A DNA stretch of 64,000 nt, taken from IMG/VR virus record IMGVR_UViG_3300042892_003674. One strand, written 5' to 3'. The stretch is from a virus. Its lineage: Duplodnaviria > Heunggongvirae > Uroviricota > Caudoviricetes. Below are positions 30,818-39,588 of the stretch, in pieces. The notes below the pieces were generated by a model, which had not been told where the DNA came from, ran no database searches, and saw only the letters and a list, made by a program, of their open reading frames with translations. The first letter of the stretch is position 1, and every line of letters starts with the position of its first letter. The translations under genes and the position numbers were made by a program.

Positions 30818-30890
30818 CGGTCTATGAGGGATTCGAACCCTCTCCGTACCGGGCGACAGCCGGACATCTTAGCCATTTGACCTATAAACC
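30818..30890 (-). tRNA. tRNA-Asp(GUC)
   Basis: Loop CT-GTC-GC. Confidence 0.88.
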
Positions 30891-30898
30891 AATTTTTG

Positions 30899-30972
30899 CA
30901 GTACTAACGGGACTCGAACCCGCAATCTCCACCGTGACAGGGTGGCGTCATACACCAATATGCTGTAGTACT
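30899..30972 (-). tRNA. tRNA-Asp(GUC)
   Basis: Loop CT-GTC-AC. Confidence 0.88.
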
Positions 30973-30979
30973 ATTTTCG

Positions 30980-31054
30980 TCGCGTAAACAGGACTCGAAC
31001 CTGCAATAACCCCGCGTCCAAGGCGGGTAACCTCTCTCTGTGGATCGTTACGCG
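30980..31054 (-). tRNA. tRNA-Pro(UGG), atypical D-arm
   Basis: Loop CT-TGG-AC. Confidence 0.75.
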
Positions 31055-31063
31055 TTATTTTTG

Positions 31064-31137
31064 TTGTACTATCAGGATTCGAACCTGAGCTACTTGAGTC
31101 AAAGTCAAGTGTGTTTAAACCGCTACACTATAGTACA
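31064..31137 (-). tRNA. tRNA-Gln(UUG)
   Basis: Loop CT-TTG-AC. Confidence 0.88.
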
Positions 31138-31144
31138 GTATTTG

Positions 31145-31215
31145 TTAGAGTACTGGGGGTCGAACCCAGAGCACAGGATCCAAAGGCCTGGATATTACCG
31201 TTATACGATACTCTA
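31145..31215 (-). tRNA. tRNA-Gln(UUG)
   Basis: Loop CT-TTG-GA. Confidence 0.8.
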
Positions 31216-31221
31216 ATTTAG

Positions 31222-31295
31222 CGGGACCAACGGGATTCGAACCCGCACCGCACACCGTGACAGGGTGGCATTGTAAACCATTCAACCATGGTCCC
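31222..31295 (-). tRNA. tRNA-Asp(GUC)
   Basis: Duplicate of 30599-30672 with 1 nt difference. Confidence 0.9.
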
Positions 31296-31304
31296 ATTTA
31301 TTTG

Positions 31305-31378
31305 TCGCAAAGACGGGAATCGAACCCGCTAACTGATGCCTCCAATGCACCCGTGCTTAAAACCTTAGTCACTTCGCG
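31305..31378 (-). tRNA. tRNA-Pro(UGG)
   Basis: Loop AT-TGG-AG. Confidence 0.75.
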
Positions 31379-31393
31379 TTATTTTTATTCCAT

Positions 31394-31429
31394 AAAAAAA
31401 ATCCGTTAGTCTCAAAGACTAACGGATTT
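31394..31429 (-). terminator. attenuator terminator, tRNA array 1
   Basis: AAATCCGTTAGTCT-TTG-AGACTAACGGATTT plus U-tract. Confidence 0.9.
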
Positions 31430-31452
31430 GTAATTTTTATACACGTAATTTC

Positions 31453-31551
31453 TTAATGTGATATAAATACATAGTTAGTCTGGCTCGTGAAACGATCCTG
31501 ATCCTGCATCGGCTGCGGCATAACTACTATATTTACATTTACATTTTTCAT
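31453..31551 (-). CDS. leader peptide 1 (MKNVNVNIVVMPQPMQDQDRFTSQTNYVFISH)
   Basis: Translated by hand; MPQPMQDQD run matches the Met/Pro/Gln/Asp array. Confidence 0.88.
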   Translation of the reverse strand: MKNVNVNIVVMPQPMQDQDRFTSQTNYVFISH

Positions 31552-31555
31552 ATTA

Positions 31556-31615
31556 CTATATATTAAACTTTTATTGTTCCTTTTTGTTTTTCTTTGATTT
31601 TATACTACAAAAGTA
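31556..31615 (-). promoter_or_regulatory. tandem promoter boxes for array 1 (TActTTTG and TAATATATAG)
   Basis: Same two boxes precede leaders 2 and 3. Confidence 0.6.
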
Positions 31616-31645
31616 ATATAAAGTTTTCAATTCACCTAATCTTTA

Positions 31646-31771
31646 TTAGATTTTTTTAATTTCTTTTTTAGAAAGTGCTCTTTCTGAGCTCCAAAAGATT
31701 CTTTTGTATTTCTTTCTCAAGTGTTTAGCCCATTCTTTACAAACTGCAAACTGTCCTTTTTTACCAGCCAT
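31646..31771 (-). CDS. small basic protein (41 aa, not in ORF track)
   Basis: MAGKKGQFAVCKEWAKHLRKKYKRIFW...; TAtcTTTG box upstream. Confidence 0.55.
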   Translation of the reverse strand: MAGKKGQFAVCKEWAKHLRKKYKRIFWSSERALSKKEIKKI

Positions 31772-31819
31772 TGTTTCTATTATTTTAACAAAGATACAAC
31801 TATTTTTTTATTCACCAAA

Positions 31820-32242
31820 CTACCAACCGACTATTTCATCGATTGCTTGTTGAACTGCTGCATTAAAGGCCATATCATGATCTGAATCACCTTCATCATA
31901 TCCAATTTCTGCTGAACTGTCAGATAAACAAGTTGTAAACTCGTGTATAGCACTTCTAAGATCTTCTCTTAGTTTGTTATAACAAGGTAGTTTAACCATT
32001 TTATCTAATACATCATAGTCAATACTAGATTCATTGATTTTAGATTCTTCTAAAGATTCAATTTTATCATCAACTTCTTCAATTGATAAATCGTCTATTT
32101 TTCTAGTTTTATCATTAAAACGTGATTTTACGTTTCTAGGAAATTGTTGATTATCAGTATTTTTAGTGAAACCTCTTTTGAAGTCTTGAATCGTACTTTT
32201 CTCTTCTTCTTTTTTGAAGTCATCAAATTTTGCTATAGCCAT
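31820..32242 (-). CDS. hypothetical protein
   Basis: 140 aa; N-term MAIAKFDDF, internal KINES. Confidence 0.7.
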   Translation of the reverse strand: MAIAKFDDFKKEEEKSTIQDFKRGFTKNTDNQQFPRNVKSRFNDKTRKIDDLSIEEVDDKIESLEESKINESSIDYDVLDKMVKLPCYNKLREDLRSAIHEFTTCLSDSSAEIGYDEGDSDHDMAFNAAVQQAIDEIVGW

Positions 32243-32250
32243 GTTGTTAT

Positions 32251-32517
32251 TTATTTTTTGTTTATTAGTTCTTCAACGTATTTATCTCTTTGTTCTATTA
32301 AGTATTCATTACGTTGTATTAAACGTGTTCTTTCATCTTCCATGAGTTTATCAATGTAGTCTTGTTGTTTATCAATAGTTACTTGTTGCATATCAATTCT
32401 ATTATTATAAGTTTTATATTGAAAGTATATTACACCTAACATTAGAACTATAGTAAATGATTGCTCTTTAAGCTTAGATAAAAAAATATCTGTTATACTT
32501 TCTTTATTACCTTCCAT
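32251..32517 (-). CDS. single-TM coiled-coil protein (possible holin-like)
   Basis: Hydrophobic FTIVLMLGVIYF followed by a charged coiled coil. Confidence 0.45.
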   Translation of the reverse strand: MEGNKESITDIFLSKLKEQSFTIVLMLGVIYFQYKTYNNRIDMQQVTIDKQQDYIDKLMEDERTRLIQRNEYLIEQRDKYVEELINKK

Positions 32518-32520
32518 GAT

Positions 32521-32751
32521 TTATAGACAAGCGTTGATTTCATTTTTTTGTTGTTCTGTTAAACCAGATTCAAACCAATCTTTACCTAACATTATTGTTA
32601 AGTGTTCTTTGTTTCTATCTAATCTATCTTGTTCTTCTTCTGTTAAAGAAGTCTTTAACTTTAATTCATTGATTAAGTTTACTGAATCAAATGCAGCGGA
32701 GATTGAACGTTGAGTTTGTTCTTCTGTTGTCTCAATTTCTGGAATAGTCAT
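32521..32751 (-). CDS. hypothetical protein
   Basis: 76 aa ORF. Confidence 0.65.
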   Translation of the reverse strand: MTIPEIETTEEQTQRSISAAFDSVNLINELKLKTSLTEEEQDRLDRNKEHLTIMLGKDWFESGLTEQQKNEINACL

Positions 32752-32757
32752 AATTAT

Positions 32758-33306
32758 TTATTTTATTTTTATTCTAAAACTTTCGTAAGTTTGTAGATAT
32801 TTATTTTTAGATTCGGTATAAGTATAGCTATCAGGATATTTATCAATAAAAGAGAAATCTTTTACTGATAGTTTAAATCCTAATCTATTAAAGAAATTTA
32901 CTAGATCTTTTATTGATTGATCTTCAAATCCAAAGAATGTTTCTTTATCATATTTAGAACCTAATCCTGTGTAATGTATAATTTCTGTATTACCCGGCAT
33001 TTTTATAATAAACTCTGATACCATTGCATCACCATAGGTAATATCTATATTTAATTTAAGATCAGATAAAGCTTTTGTACCATCATTATCTTGTACTAAA
33101 TGAATATCAAATTCCAAATAATCAGGTTCACCATTTAATTTATTATGTTTAAATGTATTTTGATGATATATTATTTGTGCAATATTAGCATTACCAATTA
33201 TTGATACTTCTGAAAATAATAAGTTAAAATTACCATTATCTGTAACAATAGTTAGTTTTTTAGGTAAATATTTTTTCCATACTTCCTTATCAAATATGTT
33301 TGTCAT
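32758..33306 (-). CDS. hypothetical protein
   Basis: 182 aa ORF. Confidence 0.7.
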   Translation of the reverse strand: MTNIFDKEVWKKYLPKKLTIVTDNGNFNLLFSEVSIIGNANIAQIIYHQNTFKHNKLNGEPDYLEFDIHLVQDNDGTKALSDLKLNIDITYGDAMVSEFIIKMPGNTEIIHYTGLGSKYDKETFFGFEDQSIKDLVNFFNRLGFKLSVKDFSFIDKYPDSYTYTESKNKYLQTYESFRIKIK

Positions 33307-33385
33307 TTAATGAAATCATTTTTCTTATATATTAAATTACAATTATCGAAAAATAAAAAAGTCGAGATTTCTCTCGACTTTTGTT

Positions 33386-34648
33386 TTAACACATATAAAC
33401 ACTATCATCATAATCACCTAAGATTTCGATACCTCGGTAATCTAAATCTGGTAGGTATTCTAATAGATCATTTCTATCACACTCAGTTCTATGTTCTGAC
33501 TCATAGAATACAGTACATTTGAAACCATCCCACTCTAATTTAGTATAGTGTAGTTCAATATCTTTGAACAATCTTGTAATAAGTTGAGACTCATATTTAA
33601 TTCTATCCTCAATCAACTCTACTTTAACTATTTTACCAGTTGTGGCATTTGTTTCAATCATAGATAAATATTGGAACAATTCATCATAGAAGTAAGACTT
33701 CTCAGTTTTAACTCTGTAAGCACCTTGTTGTCTAGTTCTTGAAGAACTATAATCATTGGTCATTACATTTGTTGATGCATAAGCATTGGTATAGTTACCA
33801 GTATCATATCTTGAAGAACCCCAAGCACCCCAATCATCACCGTAACCACCGTAACCACCCCAAGAGTAATCGTACTCAACTTTTGATGGATCTCTTTCTA
33901 CAGGTAAGCTAGCCCAATCAACTTTTAGACAAGCTTCAGCTAATTTGGTTAAGTGAGCAATATCTTGTCTTTCAGAGAAAGTATGTTCAGAGTAATAACC
34001 AACAGAAATGTTTGTACATTCTGGATAGATACTAATAAATTGTATAGAGTCAGTTAAAACACCATTTTTGTCTAATTTATATGAGAATGTTTCTTCAACA
34101 TCGTTAAATGCTTTTGCAAGAGCTTCACCAAATGTATCTGAACAACATCTTTTTGAACTTTGAAATGTAATGATAGAATCAGTGCTTCTACGGTCAAAAG
34201 AGATTACTTTGTTGATACCTGGAATTTTCTCTACTTTTTGTACATCAGCAACTTTTCTAGAACCGATACAACCTACTTCTTCTCCTAGGAAAAAGTAATA
34301 TAAACCAGGAATATTTTTTTCGATCATGTTTAACATAATTGTTACACCTGCTTTATCATCGGCACCTAAGATAGATTTACCATCAGTTTTGATAATATCT
34401 CCGTCAAAAATATGAACAACTTCTGTATTTGCTTTAGTTGCAGTATCTAAGTGTGAAGTAAACATAGCATCACTCTCACCTATTTTAATAAATAAGTTAC
34501 CAAATTCATCCTCTTTTAAACTTTTAGGTAACAAGTGAAAAAGTTCTTGCTCAGTACCGTGAGGATAAGTTCTAGATGTTAGTTGTAAGAATTTTTTTGT
34601 TATATTCATTTTAGCGATTTTTTTATTATTATAATTAATAACATGCAA
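33386..34648 (-). CDS. M28/M20 zinc peptidase
   Basis: SHLDT, LGADDKAG, GEEVGCIGS, SFDRR, YYSEH. Confidence 0.88.
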   Translation of the reverse strand: MHVINYNNKKIAKMNITKKFLQLTSRTYPHGTEQELFHLLPKSLKEDEFGNLFIKIGESDAMFTSHLDTATKANTEVVHIFDGDIIKTDGKSILGADDKAGVTIMLNMIEKNIPGLYYFFLGEEVGCIGSRKVADVQKVEKIPGINKVISFDRRSTDSIITFQSSKRCCSDTFGEALAKAFNDVEETFSYKLDKNGVLTDSIQFISIYPECTNISVGYYSEHTFSERQDIAHLTKLAEACLKVDWASLPVERDPSKVEYDYSWGGYGGYGDDWGAWGSSRYDTGNYTNAYASTNVMTNDYSSSRTRQQGAYRVKTEKSYFYDELFQYLSMIETNATTGKIVKVELIEDRIKYESQLITRLFKDIELHYTKLEWDGFKCTVFYESEHRTECDRNDLLEYLPDLDYRGIEILGDYDDSVYMC

Positions 34649-34709
34649 ATATAAACATATTATTTAATATAACAAAAGATTATAGAATTATTTTTTTAAT
34701 ATATAAATT

Positions 34710-36926
34710 ATGTTTACAATAGATACAAATGTTTTAAATGGTTCCACTGTTATTTCTGATAAATTTAACATAAGTGCTAGTGCCTCAGCAGCCGATGCAA
34801 CACCTTATATTAATAATATAGAAGAAGAGTACATAATCAGTTTTACAAATTTACAAAATATTAGCAAGATAACCAAATTTACTTACGATACTTTAGGTTT
34901 ATCTACTACAAGATATTTAGCACAATATTATCGTTTATCAAGAGATGGTCAAAAATGGACTAATTGGTTTGACTTAAAAAAATATATTGATAACTTTCCA
35001 GCAATAGACCCGTTAGACCCACTATATTTAGATATTAAATGGGTTAGAAAAGGAACAAATCCACTTGGTTCAATTAGAATATTAGAGTATGCTATTGAAT
35101 GTACAGTTGAAAGACCTATGGTCGATGATGGTTCTGCAGTTCAATTACCAGCAGGAGGTATTCAACTAATTAGACCACCTTTTATTTATAAAGTTTTTAA
35201 ATTAGAAGATGTTGAAGTAATATCATCTACTGGAATACAAGGGGTAGATTTGAAGTGGAGGTACTCTCAAGATAATTCAAGAACTTGGTCAGATTGGGAA
35301 TTTCTAACTAAAGAAAATGTATCTACTAAAAGACTAACACCAACAAGATTTTTTGAAGTTGAGTATTCAATAGAGAATAAATCTGGTGTTCCAGTAAAAA
35401 TACAAGATATAAATTTAATTGGTAATTTTCAAAATGTTACTTTAGATTATCAAAAAAGTAATTTATATGGATTAAGAGAATGTTGTCAATCGAACTTAAC
35501 TGGTGCATTTGATGCTAATGGAAATTTTATACCTAATACTAATTTAAACTCAAATAGTGGTGGAGGCTGTGATTCTACTAATATATTTTCGTCAATGACA
35601 AAAGATGAACAAGCACTTCTTTACAACCCTTATAATCAAAGTACGGCACTAAATCTTTTGAATAAATTAAGTACAGATGCCCAAATGATGTTTGGACATG
35701 CAGTTGTTTACTTTGTAACTGACCCTGATGCAAAAGGTCAAGATTATTCAATGCATGAGTATCAACTATATAATATTGTTTGTGAAGGTGATGTTAAAGT
35801 ATCTGTAAATAATAATGAGTTTCCAGACTCACAAATTACAATGAATCAATTTGATTTAAGTTTATTTGATAATATGGAAGTACACATAACAAAAGAACAA
35901 TTCAAAAGTGTATTTGGTGCACAAAGAAGACCTGGTAAAGAAGACTTTATGTTTTTCTGTCAACTAAGTAGAATGTTTCAAGTAGATCACGTATCTCAAT
36001 TTAGAGGATTTAATAACTCTGCAGTTTATTATAAATTGATATTGAAAAAATACAATCAAAAAGCAAATGTACAAGCTGGTACGACAGAGATTCAAAACAA
36101 ATTGGATATGCTTACACAGAATACTACAATTGATTCATTATTTGGTGTTGAAAATACAGAAGATAAGAGAGCGGTAGCTAATAAAGTTCAAACAAGAACT
36201 TTAACTAGTGATTTAATTAGGTTAGAATATTTGGCAACTATAAATAAAGAACTGATTGAAAATTCTTCTACAGTAATATCTAAATCAAATTATGACTTAT
36301 ATTCAGTTGATGCAGGAATACCAGCAGTAAATTACTTTAACTCTGATCCTATTCTAAAAGTTTCCGATAATATTGGATTTACAATTTGGTTTAATATCAA
36401 TAATTATATAGATGGTGAGGTTTATAACTTCTTTAATTACTATGATGATACTAATGTTGGTAATCCAATTGGTTGGAAAGTGAATTTAACTAATGATGTA
36501 ATAACCGTTACTTTAAATGGTGATACTTATACAACAAATTCTGATTTATTGTTAGATGAAGAAGTTTGGTATTGCTATACATTAAATGTTGATCAAAGAA
36601 ATAGAAAAATATCTCAATTTATTTATAAACGTAATGTTGATTTTGAAGAAGAAGCGGGAAGACTTACAAGTAACTTCCTAAGAAAAGTTTATTCTGATGA
36701 ACAAGATATGACACCATTTGAATTTACTATTGAAAATACTAATCCTCAATTATTAGGTTCCGATATGAAAGTAACTAATATTAGATTATTTACTGATATT
36801 ATACCAGAATCTACATTTGATAAGATACTTAATCAAGCGATTATTAGAGACGATTCTAAGTATTTAGTTTTTGCAGATAACGCGAATACACGTCTCACAC
36901 TTCCAAATTTTCCACTATTTGAATAA
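34710..36926 (+). CDS. probable virion protein with neck (T4 gp14-like) central domain and C-terminal LamG-like domain
   Basis: FGHAVVYF...EYQLY...EVHITKEQFKSVFG..RP...DF.F pattern; TAATATATA box upstream. Confidence 0.5.
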   Translation: MFTIDTNVLNGSTVISDKFNISASASAADATPYINNIEEEYIISFTNLQNISKITKFTYDTLGLSTTRYLAQYYRLSRDGQKWTNWFDLKKYIDNFPAIDPLDPLYLDIKWVRKGTNPLGSIRILEYAIECTVERPMVDDGSAVQLPAGGIQLIRPPFIYKVFKLEDVEVISSTGIQGVDLKWRYSQDNSRTWSDWEFLTKENVSTKRLTPTRFFEVEYSIENKSGVPVKIQDINLIGNFQNVTLDYQKSNLYGLRECCQSNLTGAFDANGNFIPNTNLNSNSGGGCDSTNIFSSMTKDEQALLYNPYNQSTALNLLNKLSTDAQMMFGHAVVYFVTDPDAKGQDYSMHEYQLYNIVCEGDVKVSVNNNEFPDSQITMNQFDLSLFDNMEVHITKEQFKSVFGAQRRPGKEDFMFFCQLSRMFQVDHVSQFRGFNNSAVYYKLILKKYNQKANVQAGTTEIQNKLDMLTQNTTIDSLFGVENTEDKRAVANKVQTRTLTSDLIRLEYLATINKELIENSSTVISKSNYDLYSVDAGIPAVNYFNSDPILKVSDNIGFTIWFNINNYIDGEVYNFFNYYDDTNVGNPIGWKVNLTNDVITVTLNGDTYTTNSDLLLDEEVWYCYTLNVDQRNRKISQFIYKRNVDFEEEAGRLTSNFLRKVYSDEQDMTPFEFTIENTNPQLLGSDMKVTNIRLFTDIIPESTFDKILNQAIIRDDSKYLVFADNANTRLTLPNFPLFE

Positions 36927-36939
36927 AATATATACATAT

Positions 36940-37338
36940 ATGAGAAAGTTTACAAGTTTAAATGAAGATGTTAAGTTCGGAAGACATATGATTGAAGAAG
37001 ATAAAATCTTATATCAAGATAGTGATTTCTTTATAATGTTTGATGGATTTCCAACAAGTCCAGGTCACATACTTATCATAACAAATGGACCAGAAGAAAC
37101 TTACTTTGATTTAAGTCAGTCCAAAAAGAAGAAACTATCTGAAATGTTAGATAAAGCTAAACAGATAGTTGAATCACAATATGAACCAGATGGTTACAAT
37201 ATAGGTATGAATTGTGGTGAACCAGCAGGACAAACAGTAATGCAATTTCATTGTCATTTAATCCCAAGATATACTGGTGACGTAGAAAATCCAAGAGGTG
37301 GTGTTAGACACTCTGTTATAGGAAAAGGTTATTATTGA
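36940..37338 (+). CDS. HIT-family hydrolase
   Basis: FPTSPGHIL, GYNIGMNCG..AGQTVMQFHCHLIPR; start reset to MRKFTSLNE. Confidence 0.9.
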   Translation: MRKFTSLNEDVKFGRHMIEEDKILYQDSDFFIMFDGFPTSPGHILIITNGPEETYFDLSQSKKKKLSEMLDKAKQIVESQYEPDGYNIGMNCGEPAGQTVMQFHCHLIPRYTGDVENPRGGVRHSVIGKGYY

Positions 37339-37673
37339 TTATGAAAGAATATTTATTTGTATATGGTCAATTTAGAGATACTGCAAAAAATTTACTAAAG
37401 AAACCTGTTTTTTTTGGAAGAGCAACAATTAAAGGTAAAATTTATAGAGTAAATGAATTCTACCCTGGTTTTGTAAGTGGATCTGGAGAAGTTTTAGGAG
37501 ATATATATCTTATAGACCCATCAATATTCCCAGAACTAGATGATTTTGAAGGTGATGAGTATATAAGAGTTAAAACAAACACATCAAAAGATATTGAGTG
37601 TTGGGTTTATAAGTATAAATATGATGTTAAAGATTTTGAAGAAATCAAAGGTGGTGATTGGTGGCTTAGATAG
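37335..37673 (+). CDS. gamma-glutamylcyclotransferase (AIG2-like)
   Basis: LFVYG, YPG, LDDFEG..Y.R. Confidence 0.85.
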   Translation: MIMKEYLFVYGQFRDTAKNLLKKPVFFGRATIKGKIYRVNEFYPGFVSGSGEVLGDIYLIDPSIFPELDDFEGDEYIRVKTNTSKDIECWVYKYKYDVKDFEEIKGGDWWLR

Positions 37674-38106
37674 TTGGTATTAAATACTCAGTAACTGAAG
37701 TCCAATCAGGAAACTTATCTGAAGCAAATTCAATCCATTCTCCTTCAAACTCAGGTTGACCATTTTGACCATTATCATCAATAAGGTAGTCACCTTTCAC
37801 TAAAGATTTATCACCACACATAATCGTTTTTTCTAATACATCGAAACCTAAATGTTCTAAAACCCACTCAGCTTTCTCGTTAAAACAATTGATATTTTTA
37901 AATGAAGGACGTGTTAAAATCCAAACGTCATAATGTTCTTTTAATTTATTAAAAGACTCAATTGCATCTGGCATTGGTTCAAGATTTTTGAAGAACCCTA
38001 TTCGTGATTGAGGAAATTTAAAGTCAGGGTCTTTTCTACGAACATCTGAGAATGCTCCAAAAAAATCACACAAAACTCCATCCATGTCAATATAAACTCT
38101 TTTCAT
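37666..38106 (-). CDS. 5'(3')-deoxyribonucleotidase (HAD)
   Basis: YIDMDGVLCDF, EKAEWV, DYLIDD. Confidence 0.88.
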   Translation of the reverse strand: MKRVYIDMDGVLCDFFGAFSDVRRKDPDFKFPQSRIGFFKNLEPMPDAIESFNKLKEHYDVWILTRPSFKNINCFNEKAEWVLEHLGFDVLEKTIMCGDKSLVKGDYLIDDNGQNGQPEFEGEWIEFASDKFPDWTSVTEYLIPTI

Positions 38107-38154
38107 AATAATGTGTTTTATATTCTATACAAAGATACGAATTTAGTTTAAATA

Positions 38155-38188
38155 AAAAAGACTTCTTAATTAAAAGAAGTCTTTTTTT
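38155..38188. terminator. bidirectional terminator ending tRNA array 2
   Basis: AAAAAAGACTTCTT-AATTA-AAGAAGTCTTTTTTT. Confidence 0.8.
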
Positions 38189-38192
38189 GTTG

Positions 38193-38267
38193 AGCACTCT
38201 ACCGGATTCGAACCGGTGTCCCTGGGTTACAAAGCCAGAATAATCAAACCAACTATACGAAGAGTGC
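38193..38267 (-). tRNA. tRNA-Thr(UGU)
   Basis: Loop TT-TGT-AA. Confidence 0.8.
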
Positions 38268-38276
38268 ATATTTTTG

Positions 38277-38350
38277 AGCCAATAAAGGGAGTCGAACCCT
38301 CAACCTTCTCCATACCAAGGAGATACTCTAACCAATTGAGCTATATCGGC
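38277..38350 (-). tRNA. tRNA-Thr(GGU)
   Basis: Loop TT-GGT-AT. Confidence 0.9.
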
Positions 38351-38357
38351 ATTTTTG

Positions 38358-38431
38358 AGGCGCGGACTGGGATCGAACCAGTGTGTATGAGGTTGCAGCT
38401 CATCGCCTTCGTGCCACTCGGCCACCGCGCC
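38358..38431 (-). tRNA. tRNA-Cys(GCA)
   Basis: Loop CT-GCA-AC. Confidence 0.9.
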
Positions 38432-38438
38432 ATTATTG

Positions 38439-38511
38439 AGCTTCCTGACGGGATCGAACCGACGACATCTTGATTACAAATCAAGTGCTCTACCTGCTGA
38501 GCTAAGGAAGC
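38439..38511 (-). tRNA. tRNA-Thr(UGU)
   Basis: Loop TT-TGT-AA. Confidence 0.92.
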
Positions 38512-38520
38512 ATTTATTAG

Positions 38521-38591
38521 AGGTGCCTACTGGATTCGAACCAGTGTAGGAGATTTTGCAGACCTCTGCCTCACCACTCGGCCAAGGCACC
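38521..38591 (-). tRNA. tRNA-Cys(GCA)
   Basis: Loop CT-GCA-AA. Confidence 0.92.
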
Positions 38592-38599
38592 ATTTTTTG

Positions 38600-38673
38600 T
38601 TGGTAGTAAGGGAGTCGAACCCATAACCTCTTCGGTATCAGCGAAGTGCTCTAACCAGTTGAGCTAACTACCA
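38600..38673 (-). tRNA. tRNA-Ile(GAU)
   Basis: Loop CT-GAT-AC. Confidence 0.9.
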
Positions 38674-38681
38674 ATATATTG

Positions 38682-38757
38682 TGATTCCTATAGGATTCGA
38701 ACCTATGACCTCTTCCGTGTAAAGGAAGCGCTACTGAACCAACTGAGCTAAGGAACC
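38682..38757 (-). tRNA. tRNA-Val(UAC)
   Basis: Loop TT-TAC-AC. Confidence 0.92.
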
Positions 38758-38764
38758 TTTTTAT

Positions 38765-38944
38765 TTATTTTTCTTCACAATTATAATTTACGATGAAGTT
38801 CCATTTAGGAAAATTAGGATTTGATATATTTTCTATTACTTTTTCAGAAATCAATCTAAATCCATTAGTTTTCTCTAATGTTTCTCTCCAATTATAATTT
38901 TCATCATCAGAGCTAAATCCAATTGTGACATTTAATGTTTTCAT
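38765..38944 (-). CDS. 59 aa hypothetical protein inside tRNA array 2 (not in ORF track)
   Basis: MKTLNVTIGFSSDDENYNWRE...; fills the spacer between the two Val tRNAs. Confidence 0.55.
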   Translation of the reverse strand: MKTLNVTIGFSSDDENYNWRETLEKTNGFRLISEKVIENISNPNFPKWNFIVNYNCEEK

Positions 38945-38945
38945 G

Positions 38946-39020
38946 TAGTCCTAGACGGATTCGAACCGACGACCTATTCCGTGTTAAAGAATCGCTCTGA
39001 ACCAACTGAGCTATAGGACT
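38946..39020 (-). tRNA. tRNA-Val(AAC)
   Basis: Stem ATTCT/GGAAT, loop TT-AAC-AC. Confidence 0.85.
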
Positions 39021-39027
39021 ATTTTTG

Positions 39028-39100
39028 TTGGTATGGCGGGTTACGATCCCACTACCTTTCGCGTATCAGGCGAATGCTCTACCGAGTGAGCTACATACCA
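39028..39100 (-). tRNA. tRNA-Ile(GAU)
   Basis: Loop CT-GAT-AC; T-loop ATCGTAA. Confidence 0.82.
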
Positions 39101-39109
39101 ATATTTTTG

Positions 39110-39183
39110 CTCTCCCGCTTGGACTCGAACCAAGGACCCTCTGATTAACAGTCAGATGCTCTAACCAACTGAGCTACAGGAGA
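39110..39183 (-). tRNA. tRNA-Asn(GUU)
   Basis: Loop CT-GTT-AA. Confidence 0.92.
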
Positions 39184-39189
39184 ATTTTG

Positions 39190-39277
39190 CTACTGGGGTG
39201 GGATTCGAACCCACGGTGGAGCGATGCTCATCGGATTAACAGTCCGAACCATTCGACCTGGCTATGGCAACCCAGTA
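39190..39277 (-). tRNA. tRNA-Asn(GUU) with long variable arm
   Basis: Loop CT-GTT-AA; extra arm GAGC-ATC-GCTC. Confidence 0.75.
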
Positions 39278-39284
39278 ATATCTG

Positions 39285-39358
39285 CTCTCTCGACAGGACT
39301 CGAACCTGTAACCCTTGGACTAACAACCCACCGCTCTGACCATTATAGCTACGAGAGA
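39285..39358 (-). tRNA. tRNA-Asn(GUU)
   Basis: Loop TT-GTT-AG. Confidence 0.82.
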
Positions 39359-39377
39359 ATATTTATTTTTTGACATG

Positions 39378-39409
39378 AAAAAACCCAAACTTTTTGAGTT
39401 CGGGTTTTT
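39378..39409 (-). terminator. attenuator terminator, tRNA array 2
   Basis: AAAAACCCGAAC-TCAAAAA-GTTTGGGTTTTTT. Confidence 0.88.
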
Positions 39410-39436
39410 ATGAATTTATTATAATATACTTTAACT

Positions 39437-39526
39437 TTATACCATACATATCTCATTACCCGAAGTCGTGTTATTCACACAATTCGTAATCGTAATCACA
39501 TTAATATTTACAGTATTTGTTTTCAT
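39437..39526 (-). CDS. leader peptide 2 (MKTNTVNINVITITNCVNNTTSGNEICMV)
   Basis: Residues 3-21 are only T/N/V/I/C, the five specificities of the array. Confidence 0.9.
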   Translation of the reverse strand: MKTNTVNINVITITNCVNNTTSGNEICMV

Positions 39527-39530
39527 TATA

Positions 39531-39588
39531 TTATATATTAAATTTTTATTGTCCCTTTTTGTTTATCTTTATTTATAGTACAAATATA
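39531..39588 (-). promoter_or_regulatory. tandem promoter boxes for array 2
   Basis: TAtaTTTG (39581-39588) and TAATATATAA (39531-39540). Confidence 0.6.
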
